Shown here piece by piece: positions 11,401-23,488 of a stretch of DNA of 38,194 bases (its first letter is position 1; every line of letters starts with the position of its first letter). The position numbers and the translations under genes are program-made. The notes beneath the pieces are model-generated. The model made no database searches. It was given only the letters and a program-made list of their open reading frames with translations, and was not told the origin of the DNA. Source of the DNA: Perkinsus chesapeaki ATCC PRA-425 (Eukaryota > Protista > Perkinsozoa); the NCBI GenBank assembly GCA_013115145.1, contig JAAPAO010000339.1:1-38194 (forward strand), given 5' to 3'.

Positions 11401-13237
11401 TGGCTCGGTGAGATCAGTTTCAGGTTTCGGAGGTTTCGGCAGCTCGCCAGCTCTGGTGCGAGAAGACTCTGCCGACCAGAGCCTACCGTTGCGGCGTCGG
11501 CTGAGCGATGGCAGCGGGTGAGCCGGGTGCCATCGGGGCGGCGCTGTAGGCCGCCGGTTCTACCAGGTCGATCGATGAGTCCATCGGTGCGGACAGCTTC
11601 GTCAGCGCCAAGGAGTCATTGTAGAGCTTCCATGAGGACTCAACTGGTGACTTGTTTAAAAAAGGTATTTTTGGCATGTGAAATTAAAGAAAGTTTCTCA
11701 CTTGGTATCTTGAGGTTGAGCGCGAGTTTCTCACTTGGTATCTTGAGGTTGAGCGCGAGTTTCTCACTTGGTATCTTGAGGTTGAGCGCGAGTTTCTCAT
11801 ACACAGCTGTTTTTAATAGATGTCTCTGCAATGGCGTAGGCCCTCAGAGAAGTCGTTGGTGTCCGATCGGCATAGATGGGGGAAGAGCAGATCCCCAGTC
11901 AGGAGGCCTCGGTCGCCAGGAGCAGGCTCGAGGCCGGGCGATTCAGCGATGGAACTGAGTATTGAAGGAGTGGGCAGATCTAGAATGTCATCGACCCGTC
12001 TGGAGACTGTGCCGGGCCGCTCAGCATACAGGCCACGACCGAGGAGGAGGAAACGTAATTGTGTGGACAAGGGGACTGGGTCGACGGGGCCGCCTGATGA
12101 GGGAAGTAGCGGAGAAGTCTGTATGGAGCTCTGTGCTGAGGGCTTCGGGCCTGGAGTGGCGGCCAGCAGCATAGATGAGTTCTTGGAGGAGGTGCACCAG
12201 CTGAGGCTTATGAACGAGGGCCTTCTGAGGCAGTATGATCAACGGTACAGAGAGCAGCGGGCTGAGGGAGCCATAGGTGTATTGAGGAGGAGGGGCTTGG
12301 ATGGCCCTAGCTACAGCGAAAGTACCGTGCCGGGCAGCGCGAGTCTGGACGCCAGCCCGAGGACGTGGACGAGCGACGTTACCGCTGCAGTCGGAACGCC
12401 TCGGACGCCTCGGTTGGTGTCGGAGGGTCGGAGCCCTAGAGTGGCCAGCAGCCAGTCGGTGAGCGACTGGACTCCGAGGGATGCGGGCTCGATGAGAGTG
12501 GTGAAGATTTCACGGAGGAGAGAGCCTACTGGTCATCAAGAAGAAGCGAGGCATGCGAAGGTAGGTGCTTTGGACTTGCTGCATTGTCATCCGGCCCGTT
12601 ATAGGCAATCAGTGTGCTACCCTCGTCGGCACCGGAGGAGTGGGGCCCAGAGCTGTCCTACTTGCGCCAATGGGTTGTTCGAGAGTAAGGGAGAGGGCTG
12701 CTGGTAGATGACGTCTAAAAGGTACGGATGTGTCGATGAGGCAGTGATGTCGCTGAATGGTCACGCCCATGATGCAGAGAGGGGGCTCCTCTTCTTCGAG
12801 TTTTGGCGGTGGCTGGAGCTCAGGCAGCGACGAGGCGGCGCGCGGCGGCCATGGCCGTTCGACAGAGAGCTCACCGAGGCTATGTTTGATGGGTTGGCGG
12901 GCTCCAGAGGTCCATGGGCGGCTCGAGCCTATGGGGAATCTTTCCTCATAGGTCGGATTTCAGCAGCTGCTCTGTTGGAGGGGACATGCCCCCAAAAGTC
13001 CATGGACGCCAGTGTGAATACGGAGGGGCCAAAGAAGCTTTGGAAGATCCTAAAGAAGGAAGGGACCTGTCAAAAGGGTCGTGTAAAGAGGGAAGGAAAT
13101 CGGTCCAAAGAGGAGGTAGCACGCGTGCACTGCCATAGACGATCTCTCCCCAGGTGGCACCCTCCGTCATGCCATGTCTCGAAGATGACATTATCAGCCT
13201 CGTTGAGCGGTATGGTGCCATGACTGATGTACACTAG
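8443..13237 (+). CDS. Large multi-exon RCC1-repeat protein with C-terminal coiled-coil and low-complexity regions
   Basis: RCC1 repeats include GHVLLLCSQGRLYAFGRNDHGQCGVG, IAAGGHFGLAADRTGAVYGWGDGTYGEL, VSCGARHALVVDEQGSVVAFGDNTAGQCG and ACGGRHSALVTAEGRLFTWGHGGDGKL. A coiled coil lies near 12170-12270. Joining the 12708-13237 exons to this gene is inferred from splice sites. Confidence 0.7.
11692..11799. repeat. 33-bp tandem repeat, 3 identical copies plus 9 bp, inside an intron
   Basis: Unit AGTTTCTCACTTGGTATCTTGAGGTTGAGCGCG repeated head-to-tail with no spacers. Confidence 0.95.
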
Positions 13238-13343
13238 CTGCAGTGGAGTTGTGTTACATTAAGACCGTTGGTTCCGTCGAACACGGGTCCGAGCAGCTTA
13301 TCAGGTGGAAAATGACGTAACACCATCAGTGTTTGTGTTTGCC

Positions 13344-15331
13344 ATGTCATCATTTGCTTTACCGTCGTACATAGCTTCGGCCGTGCCTCCCTGGCATTCC
13401 TTTTCCTGGCCAGCCTGGCTCACCACTTGGCCGTCGCTGGGGAGTCTGCCGATACTTCATCGAATTCATCTTCCTCATGTTTTGACCAGTGCTCGTCGCA
13501 GCACTCTAATTGGCATCGGCGGCGTGACGCTTCTCTGCGGGTCGGCCTTCTGGTACCTGCGGAAGCGTCGGCAGGCGTTTTGGCGGAATGCAAGCATGTT
13601 CGTATCACGGAGCGATATGACGCGGGACGAGATCGAGCGGGCGTGTCGGATGATGGCTCTGCCGCAGCTCTCGAAGCGGCCCCTGCATAAAAAGTAGGCT
13701 TCGATCGGCTTCTCCCAGTAGTAGCACAGCAGCAGTGTGGAAGCAGTTGGTACCTGCCCGTAGCGAGGGCGTAGTGCCAGGGGACTGGCTTGACTGGCAA
13801 AATTGAGTGATGATCGGAGGGTATGAGATAGTAGTCATTTTACATTGGTGATGATAGGAACGATGCTTTTCTGCATGCTTTCTGTTCATATGGATTCTAC
13901 CATATAAAGGCATGGGGGTGCAATGGGGCTTTTCATAATAATGCATTCGCGCAACTTCACGCTTTAGCTCTTATTAAGAAGCCTTCTGGAGATCGTCTCC
14001 GATGTCGCCCTGTTCGGTTTGCTTTGCGATGGACTAGTTGGTCCTGCAAATGAAGCTGCAAGTTAGGGGCTTCACCGATATCGCCTACCTTGAGCGTTTC
14101 GTTACTTTTCAGATCGTTCCTTGTGGTGGGCTGCGGTGGCCTGGCCAATACCTGTGCTACCTACATAGCGGCATGTCTTCTGCCTGGCTGTCGCATCACT
14201 CTCATCGATGATGACAAAGTGGAGGCCTCCAACCTCCAGCGACAACACCAGCTTCATTCGGTCAAGGACGTGGGCCACAAGAAGGCAGAGTCGGCCCGAG
14301 TGGCTTGTCGCCGCGTTGCCATGAAGGGTGTTGCGGTGGAGTCGGCGCCGGGCATGCTCACCAAGACCAACGTTCGAGACCTTGTGGGGAAGCATGACGT
14401 CATTCTGGACTGCACTGACTGCCCAGCAACCAGATGGCTCTTGTCCTCGGCCTGCGCGACAGCTCGACGCCCTTTGGTTTCGGGCGCTGCTATGCAGTGG
14501 TCCGGCCAGGTCACGGTGTATTGCAGCGGGGAGGACGGTCCCTGTATGCGCTGTGTTTTTCCCGAGCCACCGCCGACTGAGGCTGGCTGTCGAGGCGGCT
14601 GCGATGTCATGGGAGTGTTCCCTCCTTTGCCCGGCATGATCGGTTGTGTGATGGCCTCCGAGGCTCTCAAGCTCGCGCTAATGGACGGACCTCAGCTGGA
14701 GGAGGCCAGCCTCTCGGGAAAGCTGTTGCTCGTGGACATGCTCGACGGTGGCCTGTCGACGAGAACTGTGGCATTAAAGCGTCGCCCGGACTGCCCTGTG
14801 TGCGGGTGGACTGAGGAGGCGGCGGCCCAAGATCGAAGCGATGCGAGCAGCCTTCGAGAGGATGCTGATGCAGTTCAAGCTCCAACTGTTAATAGTATCG
14901 GCCCCAAGCAGGTAGGTCGAGTGGTGCTCTCGTGGTGGTGGTGGTATGGATGGCTTCAGTTGCGTCATCTGATGCTCGAAAGCCCATCTGCGGCGTGTCT
15001 GGTGATAGACGTTCGCCCGAAGCCTCAGTTTGATATGGTTCATCTGAGGGGGAGCGTTAATGTCCCTTATGAGGACTCCCAGGCGTTCATCGACACAGTG
15101 AAGTCCCTACTAGAGGAGCGACGGCCGAACACCACGGTGGTTTGTTGCCGGAAAGGTGGGCATTTTGCCCGACCTTGACTGAGAGCAGTGTGATTCTTGT
15201 TAGGTAACGACAGCCGGCTTGCCGTCTGCGCTCTGCAAAAGTCGTTTAAGTACCTCCTTAACTTGGACGGTGGCATAATGCAGGCGGCAAAGGAGCTGGG
15301 CGTCGAGGGCAAGCAACTGTTCGTTCCCTAA
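13344..15331 (+). CDS. MOCS3: UBA4/MOCS3-type adenylyltransferase-sulfurtransferase (ThiF/MoeB E1-like domain plus rhodanese) with N-terminal extension
   Basis: MTRDEIERACRM resembles the YSRQ helix. Also present: VVGCGGL, DDDKVEASNLQRQ, DCTD, Zn motifs CMRC and CPVC, GVFPPLPGMIGCVMASEALK, rhodanese IDVRPKPQFDMVHLRGSVNVP, and the spliced active-site loop CCRKG|NDS. Confidence 0.85.
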
Positions 15332-15740
15332 GGCCCGCCGCCGTGTGCCTTGTCTGTAGTTTCGGTTCAGTGACAGTAGTTTGTGATGTACAATACCCTA
15401 ATCGCAGCAGCCATCATTAGTTTCTATTAATAACACTGGTAGCTTGTTCAAGGTTAATGGGTTCGTGGGTGTCATGGCTTCTGCACGCGTGCGCACGAGC
15501 GAATCTTTATAGTGCGAAAGATTCATCTTCCCAGCCCGGCCTGTCTTCAGCTGTTAGTGTGTCACTGATTAAAAGCTGGTCTATGTGCTAATTAATACAC
15601 CTTTTCATACTCGTATTGGGGGGATGCCGGCTGACGTACTCGTTACGAGGGCCATCGAGCTGCAACTCCTGGGCGAGCAGCTAGTCGCTCACTCCACTGT
15701 ACTATAGTTCTGGTGTTTGTCATTTTTGGGGGGCTCTGAT

Positions 15741-18700
15741 ATGGCCTATAATGAGCGGGCCAACGACGCACTTACGGACGCGATCGAAAGGTCACAGCAG
15801 AAGAACTGCCACAGCCAAGGCCGGTAAAGATATTTTAGAGGTTGACTGGTAACCAAGGCCTTCCGGCAGATACCTGTCATTTGAGATACAGAATGCCAGC
15901 ACCCGTAATGTGTCGGATGATGACTTGGTGGAATACTGCAATATGTGGTATAATAAGGAGAGGGATAAGTTCGAAGACGGCTGGCGTCCTGAGATAGGCA
16001 CACCAACTGATACCGGAGGTGGGTTATTGCTTCTAGTTGTTCAACGAAGGCTTAAGCTTGTTAATATTTATTACTGTTGCTCTCTGAACTTTACGTCATG
16101 GCGGTATTATGTTGATATTACCTTGTTATTGTAGATGATATCACATGGCAGCTCCCTGCAGTATTCTATTTGCTTTGACCGTAATCGCAGTAGATGCCTT
16201 TAGATTGTGTACACTGATGTAGCACAGGGCGCCCGAATCCTAGTCTATGCCCCTGCGCACCATATTCAACCTTGGAAAACTCTTTTTATCCTTACCAAGG
16301 AGGTGGCATTAATACGACTCTGAGCACAAAAGATACGGTACTATCGGTAATGATGCCCACTGTCAACAGGTCACGGTGGCTGGCAGCCCGATCGATCTGG
16401 AATAATGCTGCTTAGTGGCTACAACAGCGGAGCGTATGGTGTGAAGATTCAAGGCAGGGTCGAGAGCGTTCGGGCGATGGGGGTCATTGGAGCCGGCTTT
16501 GCCCTTCAGATTCCTACCCAGGTAGCCCGCTGTTCTCGGCTACTCGTTGTCAATGTTATTTAGGTTGCCATGGTGTGCCCAGCGGCGAGTATGTGGTGGG
16601 ACTGGTTGGAGAAGCTAGGAATAGTAGCAGGCTTGGTGGGCGGCGCGGTGGGATGGTGTGACTTAGATTAGGGATCGACCACCGGCTACTAGAGTGAAGA
16701 GGGAGCCTGTCGAGAAGGGGAAGAACTCTAAGTAGGCACCAGCGCTGAGCACGGCTTTCATTTTGCTGTTGTTGTTGTATATGCGTTGTCTTACGGTTTG
16801 ATGATATACAGTAGTGTGCGTCAAATTGGTATCAACTAGAGGCGCTTTTATTTCAAACTTCGAGTATCAGATATATCAATCCTTATGGTCTCAGGAGGTT
16901 GTGTACAGTTGTGATCGATTGGCGCATGCATCACATTCAGCAGCGACCTATCCGCACTCGTACGGATAAGGGGCAAGCTGTGAATGTCGAATGCTGCTGT
17001 GTCTAGAATGTCGGCACGCCGGCACGGTCTCAGTGAAATTTAGCACCATTGCCAGCTTCTCGATTCTTGCTGTATCTTCGTCATTACCGTCCATCACAAA
17101 GTACCACGTATCGGTTGCAACAACGAAGAGGCAGTCGAGTGTCACTGACCAACGGTCTGTGCTGACCAACCTGGATTCTAAGGTACCGAGGATATTATCA
17201 AGACGACACTGCCAAGACTTCCATAGCAGTCAAGAACTACACACAGGCCATGTGGACGGAGCGATGCCGAGCGCAGGTGATGCGAGTGGCTGAGGGGTTA
17301 ATGGATTGGTTTGCAGGTGGAGTTTGCCCGGAAGGATATGGAGGTTCGAAGGCCAGACTGGACGGATGTTGAGGGAAGTGAAGCCCAACTGCGGTGAGTG
17401 GATTGACTTGTCGCTGCAAGTTTTGTTGAAGGCGTTTCATCCGTACGTGGAACTCAATTGAGATATTTCCATAAAGAAATATATAATTCCTTTCGATAGT
17501 CGGGAAGGATGTAATAAAGCCTCGCACACGTCAGTCTACCCATCGGTTCAGCTTTTAGCAGGACGGCGAAGGTATTCGGCTGTCGGGTCAGGTACGAGAA
17601 GATGTTTGAGAAGGTTAGGCAGTCGTATCGGGGCGAGGCATACATCCGTGCGGAGTTGGACTTTGGTGTCAACCTAACAACCGGGAATATGATATGGTAC
17701 GGGAAGGATGGGCAGATGGGATTCACTTCACTGCTTAGGTACTGCACTCAGATTTGGCCGGATGCTGTGCTGGACCGTCTTGGCACTAGATGGCGTCCAA
17801 GATTCTGCGCCGTGGCTCGGCGAAACTATCATGACTCTCGATATCAAGGGGATAAAGGAGGAGTATATATTGCTGATGAGACGTATAGGGCAGTGGCGTG
17901 TAAGGGAAGGACTGGAGAGGGGCTGCTGCCGTATCGGAGTAGATAGACTGGTTATCCTAGGCCAGCTCTGATCCAACCGAGGGCATGGGGTAGAGTATGT
18001 CGATCGTAGAATTCGATTTGTGTGCTTTTTGTTCATTTATCCGGCAAACTTTCAATACTGATAGAAAGTTTCAATATCCGCTAAATATTAAAATTAAGTA
18101 TGGAGTTGTTTCGTTATGGGTTATTTCCTATCATAAAGCTATCAAGGTAAAAGCTGCTAAGGGTTTCAAGGGATGCTGGGACCTTCGAGCTTCACAGAAG
18201 TCTGCTCTTCGGGGGAGCTGAAAATTATCCAAATTAGAAATTTTAATGAGAACTATTTTCTGGTGAAAAAGCATCGAGTTGCATTGCCTCCAGGAGCATT
18301 TGGTATTCCTCTACGCCTCCCCGGATGGGTGGTACAGTTATTTAAGGTATCGGATCTCCTGCGCTGTGTCGGGCAGTGATGCCTATCCTGGCGGCGATGG
18401 CAGCTGGCATACCCAATGCGAGGATGGTGGCTCAGAATGCCCCTCAGTTTGATATATTTTGGGAGTATGTCGGATGGAATAAAAATATGCCTCCACCAGA
18501 GGCCCCATCAGGTAGGGTTGGAAATCCTTTTGTCATCTGATGGCGGTGGACAGGCAAGCCCGGTGGCAGTGGAGTGTGGCGGAACTCTCAGGCATATGAT
18601 GCTGACAATAACAGCGATGACACCTTCATGGCTCAACTGTAGGAGAGGGGGAACAGTGGCTGATAGAGAATGGTAGGTTCAAGCAAGAAAATGACGCTTT

Positions 18701-20192
18701 GCTGGAGCTGCAGTGGTATAACGCTGGAGAGTATCACAGGACCAATGGCATGTGGTGTGGAGGAGAATGCATCCCAGGGGTATCATGGAGTAGGGATGAC
18801 TTTGTTGATAATCTAATGTTATGGTGGAGTGATGCTATTGTTGAGGAGGTATGGGGATTATATAATAGAAGGGATATTCATAATGTTGTTCAGGTTGGTA
18901 AGTTCCGTTATCGCCCTAACTTTATGGACAAAGGAGGCCTGGTATTGGACATAGGTGGTGCATGGACCTCGGTGCAATCTAAGGAAGTTTGGGCGCAGGT
19001 GAGTCCATCAAATGCCCTCAGTGTAGGCATTACTCTGTCAGGCAATGATGTGCATGCTTAGCACTATTATGGCCGGCATTCCCTCCGAGATCGCCGCCTT
19101 GCTGCCATCCAGCGATCCTTTCTGGGACTTCATCGTGGACAAGGAGGGGCCGGAGGTGGTCAGGGCCCAACGAGCGTAGGTTGCTGGTTGCCATTGCTCT
19201 TATAAGGACTGAGGCTCAGGAAGATCAGGGCAGCCCGCAATAGGAGGTTTGGTGTGTCCTGGCAAGAACAGCGGTTTACAAAGCTCCACGGGAACCGTAG
19301 TATGTTTAGGCCGGCGGTAGGTGGGGAGTTTGTAGCGCTTGGAATTACACTGTGCAGTTGCCGACATGGGAAGGGACGTCGGAGTCGAGCCGGCCTCGAC
19401 CGGAAGCTAGTGAGGTGGGGAGGCAGGCCAGGGAGGAGACGGAGACTAGGACATGGAGATCGGAGAAGGTGGAGAAGGATGATAAAAAAGCAAAGCCAAG
19501 TAATGGAGAACGGCGGCGCTGTACTAGTACTGTAACTGTGAAGATGTTGCTGTGGAGTAGTGGGATCTCTTAAGGCACTGCTTTAGGTGGGACGGTATAG
19601 ACAATAGAATACTATATTTATGAAGCGCATATTAGTACGATAACCCTGCTGAATCCTATTATTCTTATAGTCAGTGCTTGCGGCCTACAGGGCCTATTGT
19701 ACACCCTCCAGGAGGGGCCCTCCTGCCTTGAGGTATACTACTATTACTACTGCGATAGAACTTGCAGTTCAGTGTGGTATCACTAGAGTGGATTATGATC
19801 GGGCGTAATGATGTCTTAGCCTTCAGAGCCTTCCTCCTCAAGACCACCGCGCCCATCAGGATCGGGCTTCAGCGGCGGCCTGCCCAGCAACTGCCCTCAG
19901 GCTGCCGCAGTACCGGCGAACGAGGGCCGAGATGTCCGGCAGTTCAGTGGAATGGTCATCGCTGTTTTGGACTACTTGCACAACGAACGTGATGTCGCCT
20001 GCATGAGGAGGGGCGAGAAATTTTACTGCCAGTAAGTTGAACTCGTACTCGCGCCGTATTGAGGAGGGTGACTGCTCCTTCAGACAAGAGACGCAGAATC
20101 TGTTCCTCGGCCGAAAGGAGGGTTCCGAGGCTTGCCTGTGGCTCCCTAAGTTCGTGGTTACTGGTGACCTCGGGGGCCTGAGGGGTGGATAG
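15741..20192 (+). CDS. Tandem-array paralogue 1: three internal repeats, SH3-like domain, C-terminal LRGG
   Basis: Hand-spliced, with exons collinear to copies 2 and 3. Starts MAYNERANDALTDAI and ends WLPKFVVTGDLGGLRGG* (TAG 20190-20192). Confidence 0.8.
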
Positions 20193-20321
20193 ATAAATTG
20201 ACTTGCTTGTTCCTATCACTGCCGGTGTACCTGTTTTTTCATTTGCATTGTTCTGCTTTTGTTATCAGAAGGGGAGGCTCAGTGATGGGGTGGTGGTTAC
20301 GCTCGTGTTTGGTTTTCTTTA

Positions 20322-23285
20322 ATGGCATACAACGCAAAGGCGAACGAAGTATTGGAGCATGCGTTGAAGACAGCACATGAGAAGCATGCCTCTAGTCTGG
20401 GCAGGTAGCCATGATAGGGAGAGCGACATCATTATACTACTTGTTGGATAGTACCATAGAATGACTGATTAGGCCGTAAACCCTGTTGACTCTGGATTAC
20501 GGTATAGTACTGATACCCAAAATGATACCCAGCTCGGGCGCACACTACCTCGTGGCCAGAATTTTCAGGCCGACATCCACTCTCTTGCTGCTTAGGTATC
20601 TCTCGTTCGATATTCAAAATGCGGGAGTGCGCAAGGTGACGTTGGAGGAGCTGTTGACGTATTGCAATAGGTGGTACAGTAAGGACATCGATAAGTTCGA
20701 GGACGCTTGGAAGCCGGAGATCGGTCCTAGAAATGACACAGGTGATGTCTTGAGCTTCTTTCTGACACCTCTAGCTGTTCAGGAAGGGGATGGCAGCCGG
20801 ACAGGTCTGGAATACAGTTGTTGAGCGGCCATTATTGCGGCGCTTGGGGTGTTAAAATCCAGGGCAAGATGGAGAGCGTTCGAGCCATGGCGGTGATCGG
20901 AGCAGGGTTCGCTCTGAACATCCCGGCCGAGGTGAGGGCTCGCTGCTGGCCGGGGAGGCGCAGGTGGGGGTCAGATCGCTATGGTGTGCCCGGCAGCAGC
21001 GGAATGGTGGGACTGGCTGGAGAAGCTTGGGCTGGTAGGGTTGGCGTGCTGGTGGGAGGGAGGCTTCGTGTAGGTGAGGGATCGGCCACCGGCTACTAGA
21101 GTGGTCCAGGAGATGGAGGAGAAGGGCGGCAGGACGAAGTAGGAGGCCAAGGAGGGGGGACTAGAGGCTTTCATTGGCTTCGCTGGGCAGGTATAAAGCG
21201 AAGTACGACGATAAGGAGGCGAAGACGTCACGGGCAGTGAAGAACTATATGGACCCAATGCGATCAGATAGGAACGCTCAAATGGTGGGGCAGGCGGCAG
21301 ACGGCGGGGCGGCTAGGTATAGTCCTTCCTGCTGTCAGGTTGAACTGGCCCGCCGAAATCTGGAGGTATGCAGGCCGAGCTGGCCCCATGTGGAGGGGGA
21401 GGAGGCGATGACGAAGTAGGGTGGGCTCTTGAGGGAAGGCAGCACCGGCGGTATCGCATGACAGGTATCGTAGTATGCATGCGAGGATAAGACAGTCTTA
21501 CCGAGGAGAGGACTACATCCGGGCACCGATGGACCATGGACTTACTGTGACTAGTGGGAATGTTATATGGCAAGCATCGTTTCGGTGGATGTTAGTTACC
21601 TTTAATGAAGGTACTGTATGCAGATTTGGCCAGATGCGGTGCTCGATAAGTTGGGCACGAGGTGGCGGCCGAGGTTTAGCGCAGTGGCGAGGGGGAAGAC
21701 ACATGATTACGGAGTGCAGGGGGAGAAAGGTGGCGTGTATGTCGCTGATGAGCTCCACAATGCTGTGGCATGTAGACTAGGGACGATTTTGGTGGGCGGG
21801 ATGGGTTCTGTTAGGCATCGGCTCTCCTATATTGTGCCGGGCTGTGATGCCGATACTGGCGGCGATGGCCGCGGGGATACCTGACGCGAAGATGGTGGCC
21901 AATTGCGCTCCTGAGTTTGATATATTTTGGGAGTATGTTGGATGGAATAAACACATGCCTCCACCAGAGGCCCCTCCAGGTAGCCCAAGGAAGGATTCTT
22001 TGGCAGGTGATGGTGGCATTGGGTAGGTAAGCCGGACGGCACGGGCAAGTGGCGGAATTCGGCAGCTTACGATGCCGAGAACAATGAGGACGACACTTTC
22101 ATGGCCACCCTGTACCCTCATTCGCGGCCTGGTGTGCGCCAGTGGGATCGATCAGATTTATGCAGGAGAATGACGCCCTACTGGAGCAGCTGTGGTGCAG
22201 TGTGGGGGAGTATAACAGGACGGCTGGCTACTGGACCGGAGGCAACTGCAACCCTGGAGTCTCATGGAGCCGAGATGATTTCGTTGACAATCTTATGTTG
22301 TGGTGGCCGTTTGCCTTTATCGAGGAGGTGCCGTAATTGTGGAGCGCTGTATTTCTTTGCCTTTGGACAGGTCGGCCGGTTCCGATATCGCCCAGAGTTC
22401 ATGGACAAGGGTGGCCTCAGTCTGGACGTGGGCGGCTACTACACCTGTGTGCAGACCAAGGAGGCCTGGGCTAGGGTACCATTCGCATGGCTCCCTGTGG
22501 GGTACTGTCGAATCAGGCAATGATGTGTATGTTGAGCTCTATCATCTGCGGTATACCTGCCGAGATAGCTGCATTGCTGCCGGCCTGTGACCCTTTCTGG
22601 GACCTAGTCATCGATACGAAGGGGCCAGAGGCAGTGAGAGCTCAACGAGAGTGAGCCAGGAGGAGGAGGAGGAGATGGTGAATAGTGGTGCTTCAGGAAT
22701 ATCCGAGATGCTCGAGATAGAAGGTTTGGTGAAGCCTGGCAGAGGCAACGCTTTTATAAGATTTACGGCAGCACCTCAGAATTCAGGCCATCAGTAGGTC
22801 GGACTGCTGGTTGTACTGTAACAGATGGTTGCTAGTTGCCGAGGCCTCGTAGGGGTGGTGATAGCAGCGGTGTCCGGTCTGGTAGTGAGTGGCATAAGAA
22901 GGATGAGAAAAGCAAGCCTAAAGGAGTATCTGATAAAAGTATAACTTGAGCTGTGGCTATCGTGAACCTCAATCGTGTTAGAGCCACCGAAGGTCGCCCA
23001 GAGCAGTAGCAGTGGTAGCCAGCAGGCTGATGACGTCCGGATCTACACCGAGGTTGTGTTCGCCGCTATGGACTACTTCCACAATCAGTCAGATGTAGCT
23101 CAGATGAAGAAGGGCGACAAGTTTTACTGCCAGTAGAATCCCTGCTATATCCACTTTACCACTTTTCTATCGAAAGATACGAGACGTCAGACCTGTACCT
23201 CGGCACGAAGGCTGGTGAGAGCCGTCAGCTTTGGTTGCCCAAGTTCGTCGTGACCGGCAATGTCTGTGGCGTCCGGGGCGGCTAG
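20322..23285 (+). CDS. Tandem-array paralogue 2: three internal repeats, SH3-like domain, C-terminal VRGG
   Basis: Starts MAYNAKANEVLEHAL, shares intron positions with copies 1 and 3, and ends WLPKFVVTGNVCGVRGG* (TAG 23283-23285). Confidence 0.8.
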
Positions 23286-23488
23286 CTAGTTGATCTAAAT
23301 TGGGTGAGCATGCTTGGCAGCTGTGTTTCTCGACCGCTGGTGATCTGCGTCTCGCGGGGCGCATCTTCGGCACGGTGGTGATTCATTTTTTGTGTCAGTG
23401 GTTGCACAATGAGCACGTTCATGCAAGTCTTTGTCGCGCGCCACGAAACTCTTCCGTTCAGTTTTTCTATCGACTTGTTGTTGTCGTG

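Noticed and set aside
11692-11799. CRISPR array
   Set aside because: The repeats are contiguous with no spacers, no cas genes are present, and the context is a eukaryotic intron.
11284-11958. 224-aa ORF containing SFSLGILRLSA repeats
   Set aside because: It reads through the intronic minisatellite and is off-frame from the RCC1 gene exons, so it is likely spurious.
13344-15331. TCD1/TCD2 (membrane-anchored ThiF enzymes)
   Set aside because: Two CxxC Zn motifs and a C-terminal rhodanese with CRKGNDS fit UBA4/MOCS3 better.
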